A program made the position numbers and the translations under genes. The notes under the pieces were generated by a model. The model was not told the origin of the DNA. It was given only the letters and a program-made list of their open reading frames with translations, and did no database searches. From Eledone cirrhosa (lineage: Eukaryota), in contig OZ024740.1 of assembly GCA_964016885.1 (NCBI GenBank), positions 140,182,001 to 140,246,000 on the forward strand: DNA of 64,000 nt, given 5' to 3'. Below are positions 26,246 to 39,693 of this stretch, in pieces (position 1 is the first letter of the stretch; the number at the start of each line of letters is the position of its first letter).

Positions 26246-28455
26246 ATATATATACGTCTGTGTGTGCACGCGCGGGCGTGTGTGTGTTATAGCAGGATCC
26301 ATTATCCTAACGGTAAAAATAACAGAGAGATGACACATAACGTCGGTGGGCTATTAGTTTTAACATGGCAGATTGTTAAGGTTTGTAAACTAGTCAGATA
26401 CAGTTAAATTAAGACAGTGCCGGATTTAGACATAAGTTAAACGACATATAAGTTTTTTTATGGAACATATGCTAAACGGCGTATATGAATTTTTTATGGG
26501 ACCTCCAAGCGTTATATAGCTTAGAGTCTTACTGTGCCTAGATCCGTTAAAAAAGATGTTTGTATATACAGCTGTTCCTGTTGAAGATATGTTATAGTAT
26601 TCTGATATGATTTGCATGTTTACCATGTAGAGTGTCAGCACCTGTTCAAGGCTGAGGTATATTTTCTTCGCCTGAAAAGGAAGTCCAGCCTTTGTGGTCA
26701 GGCAACTATTACGAAGGTATAAATGTGTGTTCACCATGAAATATCATCAGAGATAGTTATGCCTATTACCATATGACGTATTTCAGTGTTTTAGTTGTGT
26801 ATTGATCAGCGTTAAGGATAGGAAATCCACGTGGCTATGTCTTGGTGTTGCTGAATAAGACTAAGTTGTCATATTTTCGTCGCAGAGTATTTTCAAGGAA
26901 TATATTCACAGAAGTATGTTCTACCAGCCAGCAAACACCACAGAAACGATTAGATCCCCACCATGTGTACAGCCGTACTTAATCATAGATATCATTAGAG
27001 CTATCCCAGGTATTCACCCGGATGAGAGTAGACCATACTTGATGATGATGGTGGTGATGATGATGAGGAGGAGGGGGGGGGGGGAGAGGATTCATAGAAT
27101 TAGGGCAAATATAACGTAATGTGTTTAGGGTGCGTACAAATGAAACCTGTCGTGTGGTAAAATATAACTGTTTGGGTCGTCATAGACGCAGGTATGGCTG
27201 TGTGGTTAAGCAGTTGGCTACGCAACCACGTGATTTCGGATTCAGTCCCACAGCGCGACACTTTGGGCAAGTGTTTTCTATTATAGTATCGAACTGACCA
27301 ATATCTTATGATTGGAAATATGGTAGATGGAAACAGCAGAAGCCCGTCTTATATACATATATATGTGTGTGTGTCGTAACTTAGCGGTGCGACAAAAACA
27401 AGATCGATAAAATAAGTAGCAGACTTCAAAAATTAAGTACTGGGATTGATGCAGTCAACTAAATCAGAGCGATGCCCCAGTATAGCTGCAGTCTAATGAA
27501 TGAAACCAATTAAAGAGTAAAAGAATAAAAGAGTTATGTAAAGAAATTTGACACGCCATAATTGAAGAAAATAGTCCGCACATGCTGCGATAGAACTGCC
27601 AGACAGGAAACTTCCCATTCAAATGATAAGGAGCAGATAAAACTGATAATGGTCAACATAGCTAGTGGATACTCGTGACAGACTGAAGGGCCAGAAACAA
27701 TTTCTGTGCCATAATAAATCAGATCTCCGGTAGTTCTTGCTCAATAATATTTAGTATAGTAAAACATAGCATTGTAAGTAAAAAAAAATACATTTAAAAG
27801 AAAAACGTAATTTTACTTACATAATTACTTAGACCGCGGTTTCGTATATCAAAAGAAAATACTAATTACCATAATTAAAATTGTTAATTAGTAAATTAAG
27901 ACAGTCATTACTACTTATCAATAAACATTAGTCTTACAAATATAGTTACAGCTTTTTCAAGAATATTCAAATAAACTATCTCGTGTTGGTAGCAACGTCT
28001 AGACAACAACTAATATTTACAGCCAAAAACACATGCGTATGTTATATCCAAAACAGGAGGTTCACAAGACAAAGACACCGGAAAATACAACGGAAAAAAA
28101 TGTACTCTCCTTTCTCCTCAGTCAACCTCTGGATATATATATATATATATATATGATTTTTTTGGTCGTTTTGGAAGCCTCAACAATGCAGATGGGTAAA
28201 TCTCCGGGTTACAGAATTCGGTGGCGAAGAGAGAGATGTAAGGGAATGTAGAATGAGATGTGTAGTGTGTAGAGGAACGTAGGAAAGAGCGTAAAAAATA
28301 AAAATAATAACACGAGATAGAGTTACCTTGGGAGAGATTTAATTGTCCCTATATTTCGGATTCTTCGCATCCATCAACTGGGGGGGGGGTTTCCGGGGGG
28401 GGGGGAGTTATCTGTGGGAGAGGAACGGTACGTGTCCTCTGCTGTCCGGTGTTTG

Positions 28456-28531
<76 letters not shown>

Positions 28532-30711
28532 AGTCTAGATATGTGTCCTTATATCTACACAAAGGCTCGTTCAAAGCTGGTAATGATCCCAGGCCAGATG
28601 TGGAATGTAAGCCACCTTTTAGTTGTCGTGTTTCATGTAATTTTTCGGAAAGGTGACACAATGAGGAAGTCTTGACCTCATAACCTTTTTAATGACTACT
28701 TTACTGCAATGGGTCGTCATATCAGTTACCGCAAATCATCTCTTCCACTTCCCATGGATACATTATCGACTCCAATAGGAAAACAGGCAAAGTTGATCAC
28801 GATTGGATTTGAAGAACTCAAAGCGCAGTGAGCCGTAACAAATACCACGGCATTTAATCCGACACCCTAACGACTCTGCTAATTCATCGTCTAAAATTTC
28901 AGTAATAAATGCTAAATACCTACGATTTATATATGCAGTGTACAATATACTTACAAGTAATAGAACAGTGTAGAAGAACTGGTGTGTGTGTGAAAGCAGA
29001 CAGATAAATAGAAAAAATAACAAAGCAGAGGCTTTCGTGTATTCATGTTATTTTATTATTAAAATATATATAAATGTACAAACTTGAAATATAAAATATG
29101 CCATAAATATAAATATTTTCCCGAATTTCATATAACATCTTGACATGTATCAACGGTGAACGGACATAAAATCTCAGGAAGAAATGTCACAGAAATAAAA
29201 TCTCACTTTTGGCCAGGGTAAAATGTTTGAACCGGAATGTTGTCAGTGATTTTCTTTTCTTTTTCTCTTATACATTTAAAGATATAAATTTCAACTTAAA
29301 AATCACACTTTTTCTAGTATTTAAGTAAAAAAAAATAAAAAAATAAAAAAAGAGAGAGAGCCGATCGTCAGATAGGACCAAGAAACCATGTTTCCGTTGG
29401 TTTTTGCATTGTTGATACTATCTGTTGATCTCCATTCCTGGCCGAAAGATGCGGAATTGGAACTCAGAATGCACAGAGCTCAATCGACTCAGTGACGATT
29501 CCGCCAATCTACCGCAATAAGGTTGAAAGGCAAAGATGACTACGTCGGGATTTGAACTCGGAGCGCTGGGAGCCGGAGAAAAATACCGAAACATTTAACT
29601 AATGTCTCTGCAATTCTCCACCTAAAATATGATGATTCTCCTGTGATTTATTTTCCTGATTCGTATTGACACACCCACACTTTGGATTGTTGAGAAATAT
29701 TAATGCCTTATTTAATCTTTTACAGTCCATCAAATGTGCATATACGGTAGATCCATATTTTGGATGTGCAATATATATAGGACCAGATTGGAATACTGAA
29801 CGATCGAACTAATGAATTCAAATATTTGTCAATAAAAAGAATGTGTATATATATAGAGAGAGAGGAGAGAGAGGGGGAGGGGGGGTCTTTTAATCATTAC
29901 AGTCTCCGTTCATCATTGAATAACACATCTGTATTTGGGATAGAACATTCAGCCTTATTTCATACATGCGGGATTTCCAATGTTCGTCAATTTTTCTATC
30001 ATATAGTTAATAGATTAGCTGGATATCGTGTATAAACGACGTATCTTCATTTTTACTTCAGGTTTCCCTTTATATACTTTATATACTTTATATACTTTAT
30101 ATACATATATACATTATTTAGTGAGATATTGAAAGACAAATATAATCGAATATAATATGATTCCCTTTAGCAGAGATATATTTGTAACTATTTCAAGTGT
30201 AACTTGAACCAGTAACATAAACCATGTCAGAGCAACATAGTTGTCAAGGCATTCAGTTCTATACAACAGAACCTGCCTGAAACAAAATTACAAAAGAAAA
30301 TAAAAAGGTACACTGAGCTTAAAAGAAAGCGTGGTCTAGCGAAATAGTTTTCACAAAAAACTATTAATAGTTTGTATATGTATGATAATTAGGATCAATT
30401 TGGGATTTTCCAACATTCTATCCCACCTTCCATCGGACCTGAACTACTGAGGAGTAGAAGAGGCTCCGTCGTGAGAAACATCATGGCTATTTTAAAACCT
30501 GACGGAGCTTATCCCTCTCCCTGTCTGAACACAGCATGCTAACATAGAATGGAAGGAGCCGGGGTGAATACCGTTAAGCATTCTATCCAATGTTCTAACG
30601 ACTCTAGCAATTTGGTGTTTCTCATCCATTCTACATCCTCTAACAGTCTGTCAAATGTTTAAGAGCATATGTATATATATATTACCGCATATATATATAT
30701 ATATATATATA

Positions 30712-30755
<44 letters not shown>

Positions 30756-30772
30756 TATATATATATATATAT

Positions 30773-30832
<60 letters not shown>

Positions 30833-30950
30833 ATAATAATAAATTTGAAGACTAAAATCCAAAGAGGCCTGATAAGGATAAATATATATGAAGTATATAA
30901 GAACCGTAGAGCAAATATTTATTAAAATAACAGATTAAAGTTTAAGCAAA

Positions 30951-31009
<59 letters not shown>

Positions 31010-31101
31010 CTGTTTTTTCGACACAATTTCTTTTTCATTTTCCTCGTTCGTTCCTCTCATCATTTTTTTATTTTTTATTTATCACCTATTTCTAACTCTA
31101 C

Positions 31102-31135
31102 CTTCTAATGAAGAACTAGTGTCCGAAACGTTAAG
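31102..31135 (+). ncRNA. Degenerate minimal hammerhead motif (same family at 60082-60115 + and 63037-63070 -)
   Basis: Consensus CTT-CTGATGA-AGGRCTAGYGTCC-GAAAC-GTT-AAG; each copy has 1-3 deviations. Confidence 0.5.
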
Positions 31136-31195
31136 ACTCGCTTCCTACTATTTCAAGCGTTAAACTAATATATTTCTTCCCTGTACTGTGCCGTT

Positions 31196-31292
<97 letters not shown>

Positions 31293-31673
31293 ATAATAAT
31301 AATTGTTTCTACTTTTGGCACAAGGCCACCAATTATCCAGTACATTACTGGTACTTTATTTTATCGACCCCGTAAGATCAAATAGTAATAATAATAAATG
31401 TGAAGACTAAAATCCAAAGCACCGATTCTTTGCTTAAACTTTAATCTGTTATTTTGATAAATATATATAAAAACCTCGCAAACTAATTCATATATATATA
31501 TATATATATATATAAAATACATGTATTTTATATTATATAATATATTTGCCTCTATGATTACATATTGAGGGCCATTTCTTTAGTAATTACGACCACACGT
31601 TTAGTCAACTATATACATATATATATATATATATATATAAATGAAAGGTATAGAAAGTATTGTAGCAAGAAGC

Positions 31674-31709
<36 letters not shown>

Positions 31710-32145
31710 GTTTAGTCGTAGAAGAAAGAGCAATGCTCATGGCCCTTTTCAGAGCTTCTGCGACTGATGAGAGGAAGAGGGAAGTGGGAATTTACCTTCA
31801 GACAAGAGATCTGGCCAGAAATATTGAAACAGAGTCGACTCTGCTAAAGCACAAGCTGTAGGTGTTAAACTGATTAACAGATTATGGTTAGCATCCAATA
31901 ATAGGAACAGTCTTTCCGATGGGCTTTGACAGTTTCCGTTTACCAAGTTATATTCATAAGGTTTTGACCGATTTGAGGTCATGGTAGAAAACGCTTGCTC
32001 AACCAATTACTGGGGTTTGTTTCATATAATTTCTTTGTTTATTTACTTATTTCTTTTTTGTTTCATTTTCCTTCATCGTTCTCTATCTTTCCCTTATTTT
32101 ATATTTCTCTTTTCTCGGTGTACTTTTATAATTATAGCAGCAATA

Positions 32146-32192
<47 letters not shown>

Positions 32193-32373
32193 AGTATTTA
32201 ACACAGGTAAAAGGCCACATATTTTGTGAAGAGAGGTACATCATCGATTAAATCGATTGCCAGGACTTATTTTGTCGATCCTTGAAGGATAACAAGCAAA
32301 TTCTTACTTCGGAGGGATTGGAGCTTAGAACACAATGGTAGCAAATCAACGTCTATATATTTACATTATGTGA

Positions 32374-33432
32374 TTAAATTCTCGAGATTTCTGGAATGTA
32401 AAGTGTCTGTATTGGCAGAGCTATTTTTATTGGGGTTAATTGTTCCGTAGCCACCGGTAGAATAGTGGAAATCATGGGGGCCGTTGAATCGTCTCTCTGT
32501 AAAACACCGAAATCTTTAGTGTTTCCATTTTTATCAGTTGAAGCTATCTTTTTCAAAACAGAAGGTCGTCTACTGTATATGTATTCATGACCGTAAATCT
32601 TTTGGAATAAAAAGCAACGAATTTGATAGAGAACGAAGTGAACAAGTTGAAGAAATGGTGTGATAACGAATGCCAACAACAATGCCATCACTAATGACGT
32701 CCAAGGATAGTTCCAGTCTAAAATTCCTGGGTAAATGATGTTGTTTTCGCGATCCGATGACCAATAGCATATGTTGAACACTAAATAGATCATACCGTAA
32801 AATATGGAATAAAGGACGTGGTAGAGACGAACTGGATACGCACATAGAATTACTTCGAGTATTACAAAGACCGTGTTCAGTGCGTGAATGTTGATGTCCT
32901 CGAACGATATCACAGGACATGGATTATTCTCTATGAATCCAGGATAGATAGCACCAAAAAATATTAGTGTGACAATGATGGCCCAGTTGAACACCACACT
33001 GAAGACAAGCCACGACAGTTTCATGTACCACGTGCTTCGGTCAGCAGCCACACTAAAATTCGCTTTCATATCCACGTAAAAACCTGCTTCCAGTTCCGAC
33101 TTGCCGTGGAAATAAATGTCCGGATTGATAGGCTTTTGGTCGTACAGTCCACTGGGTAAAGTCAGACGCCGAATACTGGTTGGTTTGACGGTATCGATAA
33201 CTCTACTTGTACAGCTCTTCTCCTGCCACATGCAGAACAGAGTTATCGCAGCCGCCATGTTGAAGTGCAATACGAGGAGGGAATAGGTCCAGGTAGTCAT
33301 GTACGCCATGATATTGTGACTGACTGGGGAACTGCCATGCGACATCACAATCACATAATCCAGCAGACAGGCCATCGTGTAAAACGCCAAGCTGACACGG
33401 TACATTGCAAATACGATTCGAGACCATTTCCA
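32374..33432 (-). CDS. rost: Rolling stone-like multi-pass membrane protein, main and last coding exon
   Basis: 343-aa ORF with about 6 hydrophobic helices and rost-like motifs (W...YRV.LA.Y, YMTTW, KLSWL, HALN, Y..IYPGILDW). An AG acceptor (tttttcag, cag at 33433-33435) opens in frame as WKWSRIVFAM. Confidence 0.85.
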   Translation of the reverse strand, partial: WKWSRIVFAMYRVSLAFYTMACLLDYVIVMSHGSSPVSHNIMAYMTTWTYSLLVLHFNMAAAITLFCMWQEKSCTSRVIDTVKPTSIRRLTLPSGLYDQKPINPDIYFHGKSELEAGFYVDMKANFSVAADRSTWYMKLSWLVFSVVFNWAIIVTLIFFGAIYPGFIENNPCPVISFEDINIHALNTVFVILEVILCAYPVRLYHVLYSIFYGMIYLVFNICYWSSDRENNIIYPGILDWNYPWTSLVMALLLAFVITPFLQLVHFVLYQIRCFLFQKIYGHEYIYSRRPSVLKKIASTDKNGNTKDFGVLQRDDSTAPMISTILPVATEQLTPIKIALPIQTLYIPEISRI

Positions 33433-33819
33433 CTGAAAAATAGTAAATAAAGAAAATAAAAAAAAGAAAGGTTAATATTTAATTCGAAAAGCAATGGTAG
33501 TAAGAATAACAAAACTTATAGTATAAAAAAAAGGTGAGACAATAAAATCTTAGGAAACTATTGATGGTTTGCGTCGGCAGATAGTGTATATGTGTATGTG
33601 TGTTTGTATGTAAACATTTATAGATAAAGAGACAGATGCATAAAGTGTATATATCTAGGTACGTGTGTACTGATGGATGGATGGACGGATGTATGAATGC
33701 CTATATATATATATATTACCCACTCTACTACCATAAGTATTGAGAACTCTGGTGCGTTATGGTCCACCTGGTTCCTTACCACACTTCCTTCGGTATACAT
33801 ACATATATATATATATATT

Positions 33820-33960
33820 TATTAAAATAACAGATTTAAGTTTAAGCAAAGAATCGCTGCTTTCACCCTTAACGGGATCTTCTGAAACAGAAGATCCCGT
33901 TAAGAGTGAAAGCAGCGATTCTTTGCTTAAACTTTAATCTGTTATTTTAATAAATATTTG
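33820..33960. repeat. Hairpin palindrome of a (TA)n-associated repeat family (other pieces at 19250-19410, 30840-30950, 31385-31460, 35480-35510)
   Basis: gaatcgctgctttcacccttaacgggatcttctg-aaa-cagaagatcccgttaagagtgaaagcagcgattc. Confidence 0.9.
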
Positions 33961-34111
33961 CTCTATGGTTCTTATATATTTGATATATATTTATCCTTAT
34001 CGAGCCCTCTTTGGATTTTAGTTTTCAAATTTATTATTATTACTATATATATATATTGGTATGGTATGATATGAACTCCTAAGGAGTCATAGGAGCGCCA
34101 TATTGACATAC

Positions 34112-34164
34112 GGTGTTTCTAGGGCATTTTGTAAGTCTAGCGAAGCCCATCTCCTCTCCAGGCG
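34112..34164 (-). CDS. Candidate upstream exon of the rost-like gene
   Basis: Long polypyrimidine tract, tattcag acceptor and GTATGT donor. Encodes PGEEMGFARLTKCPRNT and joins the main exon in phase 0. Confidence 0.45.
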
Positions 34165-35081
34165 CTGAATACAGTAGATTTCTTCCAGAGAAGAATAGAG
34201 AAAGTGTGAGAGAAAGGAAGTGAGAAAGAGATATATAGGAAGAATCGACCCCAGTACTTGACTGGTACTTTTTTATCGACCATGAATGGATGAAAGTTGA
34301 CCTCGTCGGAATTTGAACTCAGAAAGCAGAGAGCCGAACTGAATACTACAAAACATTCTATCCCAAGTTCTAACGACTCTGCCAATTCGCCGCCTATATA
34401 TATATACAATGATGGATGCATGGATGGACGAATAATGTGCATTCATGTACGTATATATGTATGAATAGATATGTATCTATATACACATACATGTACTATA
34501 TTTGTATACATGTATGTATGCATGTAAGTATGCATGAGTCGGTGTAAAGAATGTTTATATATTTATGTATGAAGTGATGTATGTGTGTATTTATGAAGTC
34601 TTTGTAACCCATTTCTCTTTCAACAATAAACAAAGACCACCGAGAGCACTAAGACCACCCTGTTACCATCTCCTGCATAGCTGGCGATGTTTTGCACGCA
34701 GCATGACATTATCAACCATCTTGGCATTGGATTCCATTGTCGTCGTTATTGTCACCATCATAATCATCATCGTCGTGATAGTCATGGTTGTCGTAGTCGT
34801 GATCGCCTCGGAACGATGGATGCCATCTTAGTAATTGCTAACGTCAGCTAAATCAAGACAATAACATAACTAAATGAACTGTAGTGAATTACAGCTCGTT
34901 TAGCGGAAAATGTAATGTTACACTATTACAATGGTTTACAAAGAGATGAAAAAGATAGTTGTGGAAGGAGCGAGCGAGTAAGAGAGAACGGGGAAGAGGT
35001 GTATGTGAAAGAGAGAAAGACAGTGAGATGGAAAAATAGGGGATGAAGCAGAGAGAGAGAGAGAGGGGTGGGTAGAGAGAG

Positions 35082-35164
<83 letters not shown>

Positions 35165-35333
35165 AAGAAAGAAAGAAAGAAAGATAAATGAAAGGTAAAA
35201 AGTGAGGGGTAAATGTAACAAAAGTTAGAGAGAATTGTAGTGAAGAACCTCTGGCAGTTGTGTGACATTAAACCACCCAATTATCTCAATTAATTCTTGC
35301 CCCACAATTAATCTGTATTGAGTTCTCACCTAC

Positions 35334-35421
<88 letters not shown>

Positions 35422-35766
35422 TTATATATATATAAGTGTTTGTGTGTGTTATATAATGCAGCCGTGTGTTATATAAATCACTGCTTTCACCCTAAGCGGA
35501 ATCTTCTGAAACCGAGAAACATTAATCTATAGACGCAGAAGTAAATATTTCAAAAAAGTAACGAATATCTGGGGGGTTTTAACCATAGATTATTAAGTTG
35601 AATGATGGTCTTACTGGTTTTAACTAGTAACATCTTTTCCAGATATATATATATATACACAGAGAGAGAGGTAGAACACTTGAAGGTAATATCCGTAGTG
35701 GTAGAGCACTCAATCCATGGGACGAGTTAGGTAGAAGGGGTAACACAACAGTTAGTTCACCATACC

Positions 35767-35802
35767 GAGAACAATTGTTTCACCTTAGCGGATCTTCAGC
35801 TC
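35767..35802 (-). ncRNA. Minimal hammerhead-like motif (related inverted copy at 17700-17830)
   Basis: Minus strand GAG-CTGAAGA-TCCGCTAAGGT-GAAAC-AATT-GTT-CTC; palindromic AATT loop. Confidence 0.6.
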
Positions 35803-35804
35803 CT

Positions 35805-36692
35805 ACTGCTAAATAAATATATATATAAAGTTGTATTCCTGTCTGTTTGTTTGTTTGTTCACGAACTACTCCCATGGTTTTGGAGATAGACCCCCATAAC
35901 CATATATATTCTGAAACTATATTGCTCAGGGTACTTGGATAAGTATATTTCATTTTAATCAAAGGGTTTCCCGGGGGCACAAAACCTCCACTGAAAACCC
36001 CTGCTGAAAATGTTTTCTCTTCGATTTATATGAAATTTAAACCATAGGTAAATGACAAGATATGATGCCTATTCACAAAATTTCAGAAAATTTCAATAAT
36101 ATTAAGACACCCTAATGGGGGTTAAACCCCCTATTAGGGTTCCCCGGGGGCACAAACACCCACAGAAAATGTTTTCCCTTTGATTTATATGAAAATTAAA
36201 CCATAGGTAAATGACAGGATAAGATGCCTATTCACAAAAGTTTTGAATTGATATTTTGAAAAAAATTATTTACAAGAAACAAAATAAGAATAAGATTTAA
36301 TAATGTAATTTTGATTTGATATATAACTAAAAATAATTGTTTCTACTTTTGACACAAGGCCAGCAATTATCCCAGTGTATTACTGGTACTTTATTTTATC
36401 GACCCCATAAGGATGAAAGGCAAAGTTAACCTCGGCGGGATTTGAACTCAGACCATAAAGGGCCGTAACTCTTTGCTGCAAAGCATGGCGTCTGACCCTC
36501 TACTGATACTGCCAATCTACTGCCCTTTACTAAAAATAATGTTTTCTAATTTTTCATGCATTACATTTTACAATGAGTAATATTGAAATGCAGAGTTTTT
36601 CTCCATAAATTATATCACTGATTTAAAATCAATAATCATTTTCTTACAAAAAAAATGTGTGAAACGCAGCAAGGCGCGGGTAATTCGGCTAG
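35805..36692 (+). mobile_element. Non-autonomous Helitron-like element with nested SINE (36335-36527)
   Basis: 5' (TGTT)n microsatellite, internal ~170-bp-period tandem duplication, and 3' GC-rich cgcagcaaggcgcggg followed by ggCTAG|t. Confidence 0.65.
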
Positions 36693-36862
36693 TAAATATA
36701 ATATATACTATGCCGGGAGTTGTGACCAATAGATAGTATCAGCAGTGGAAACATTTTTTCTTTCGTCCGATTTGACGAGTTCCACCCTACTCAGTAAGTG
36801 AACAAGGTCTGGGATCTTGTCGATCAATCGAATCAATTGATACAATATATATTATATAATAC

Positions 36863-36974
36863 ATACTATATAATATATACTATATAATATATACTATATA
36901 ATATATACTATATAATATATACTATATAATATATACTATATAATATATACTATATAATATATACTATATAATAT
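36863..36974. repeat. 14-bp minisatellite (ATACTATATAATAT), about 8 copies
   Basis: Direct inspection. Confidence 0.9.
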
Positions 36975-37558
36975 AAAAGAGAGATGTTTATTGGTTGGTT
37001 GAATCACATGAAAACTACACACACACACATGCGCGCGCGCGCTTACACATAAATACACACACATCTAAAGAGAGAGAAAGACACACACGCAGAGAGAGGG
37101 GCAGAAAGAGAGAGAAAGACCGTTACACAGAGATGCGATTAAAATGTTAAATATTCAGAGAAGAGTAACGTCCCACGAAAGTCTAGAAACGGCTTAAACT
37201 ATAGGAAGGTTTAACAATTTTGCGTTAACTTTTATAAAGTCATTTTACAGTCTTTGATTTTACAGAACAAAGAAAAATTGATGCTATTTAAAATTAATCT
37301 ACCCTCCAGCTTTTATCCGTATACTACTTACAGTCTGTACTAACGAACCTAAATACTTCAGCAGCAATGTTATGCGGTATATTGCTGTGTTTCAGATGAC
37401 GTCATTTGGAGCTGAAAAAGATCATACTGACTATGGTTATTTCACAACATTTAAAATCCAAGGCCAATGCTACCATTTAATCGGCAGTTTACTCCCCCAG
37501 CCTAATAAAGAAGTTTTATGATTGGGTTTTTTTTTCTCGCTCTCTCTCTCGCTCTCTC

Positions 37559-37615
<57 letters not shown>

Positions 37616-37715
37616 ATCAGACACGCACATATTATGGTCTCACCTCATATCAGACAACACATCCAATACAGTCATTTTCTCTTTTATCCTTCTTCTCTTA
37701 ACTATTCTCAGCTAG

Positions 37716-37960
<245 letters not shown>

Positions 37961-38069
37961 AGAAGTTGCAGCTGCAAGTATCAGATTCGCATCCGATCTT
38001 CGAAGACTGTCACAAAGCACTTGATGATAGAGTAGTTAATAAATTTTTCCTCAGAGTGAACACACACAC

Positions 38070-38159
<90 letters not shown>

Positions 38160-38418
38160 ATATTCTGTATTATGGGCAAGTGATGCATGTGGATATTCTG
38201 TATTATGGGCAAGTTTGCAATTTTCGACTGTCAAAATTGCAAACTTGACTGTCACCACTGAATATGAACCTGAAGATTGCGAAAGCATGAAAGTCCTTGT
38301 TCAATTAACATTTAACACTTAATATTCTTACCATACTATTTCATTATAATATCATTATAATTTTAAAGGATTGTAAATAAAACGAGTAAATCAGACAAAG
38401 TTGGAATTCCTTTTATTA

Positions 38419-38451
<33 letters not shown>

Positions 38452-38482
38452 CGCATATACTTACACACACATACACACACAT

Positions 38483-38518
<36 letters not shown>

Positions 38519-38522
<4 letters not shown>

Positions 38523-39300
38523 TAAGATAAGCAGAACAAGCAAAATTCAACCAATTTTTTAAAATAAATTAAAAAATATAATTTAAATATTTACCTATCC
38601 TTTTCGCCCTTACCGATCGGTAAGGGCGAAAAGGATAGGTAAATATTTAAATTATATTTTTTAATTAATTTTAAAAAATTGGTTGAATTTTGCTTGTTCT
38701 GCTTATCTTAATATTATAGTTCTGGTATGTCAAATTAATACCATTGAACAACCTTGAATCATAGACAACCTATATATTTCCAGGGGTACTTAGTACCCTT
38801 GGGCATATTAACTTCTTTTATTATTCTCCGTTATGTAGAGAACAAATCTGTTGTTCTATTTAGCTGCTATTCTTAGTAGTAAGATAGACAGCACGTCTAT
38901 GTTTTTTCCCGCTTTTACTTCGGACTGGTTCACGTACGGGTCACTTTTCGACCTCATTAGATCTGTGCTAGCTGGCGGATGGCGATATATTTTATCGTTC
39001 CTGGGGCTTTAGCCCTAGGAAAGGAAAATGCTTCTCTGATGAACTTTGATTTTCCATTAGAAATCCATTGGATTTCTGGTGTTTTACAAAGCGAAACCGA
39101 TCGGTAAGGGCGAAAGGATAGGTAAATATTTAAATTATATATTTTTTTTTTTTTTTTAAATTGGTTGAATTTTGCTTGTTCTGCTTATCTTAATATTATA
39201 GTTCTGGTATGTCAAATTAATACCATTGAACAACCTTGAATCATAGACAACCTATATGTTTCCAGGGGTACTTAGTACCCTTGGGCATATTAACTTCTTT
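38519..39300 (+). mobile_element. Hammerhead-bearing element family B: ~97-bp inverted arm, ~484-bp monomer and ~200-bp direct repeat
   Basis: Palindrome 38519-38714. Block 38613-38820 is repeated at 39097-39300. (TA)n on both sides. Rearranged piece at 56620-56760. Confidence 0.8.
39031..39110 (+). ncRNA. Type I hammerhead ribozyme motif
   Basis: TTCT-CTGATGA-aCTTTG...CAAAGc-GAAAC-CGATCG-GTA-AGGG. Confidence 0.75.
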
Positions 39301-39416
<116 letters not shown>

Positions 39417-39559
39417 TAGATAGATATATATATAGATAGATATAGATAATTGTTTCTACGTTAGGCACAAGGCCAGCAAATTACCCAGTGTATTACTGGT
39501 ACTTTATTTTATCGACCCTGTAAGGATGAAAGGCAAAGTTAACCTCGGCGGGATTTGAA

Positions 39560-39693
39560 CCCATCTGTTGATATTTATCACGCATGCAAACTCACAAACA
39601 AATGTAAATTAAATACATTATATATGTATATATAATGTATTTAATTTACATTTGTTTGTGAGTTTGCATGCGTGATAAATATCAACAGATGGG
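39560..39693. repeat. Perfect 66-bp-arm palindrome
   Basis: cccatctgttgatatttatcacgcatgc...tatat-gt-atata...gcatgcgtgataaatatcaacagatggg. Confidence 0.95.

Noticed and set aside
36863-36974. Regular short repeats considered as a CRISPR-like array (also the 18-bp x3 repeat at 24124-24180)
   Set aside because: No unique spacers, eukaryotic context, no cas genes.
37332-37411. Exon-like segment (ttttcag ... GTAAGT) upstream of rost on the minus strand
   Set aside because: Stops in all three frames when read through from the acceptor; at most a UTR exon, and unsupported.
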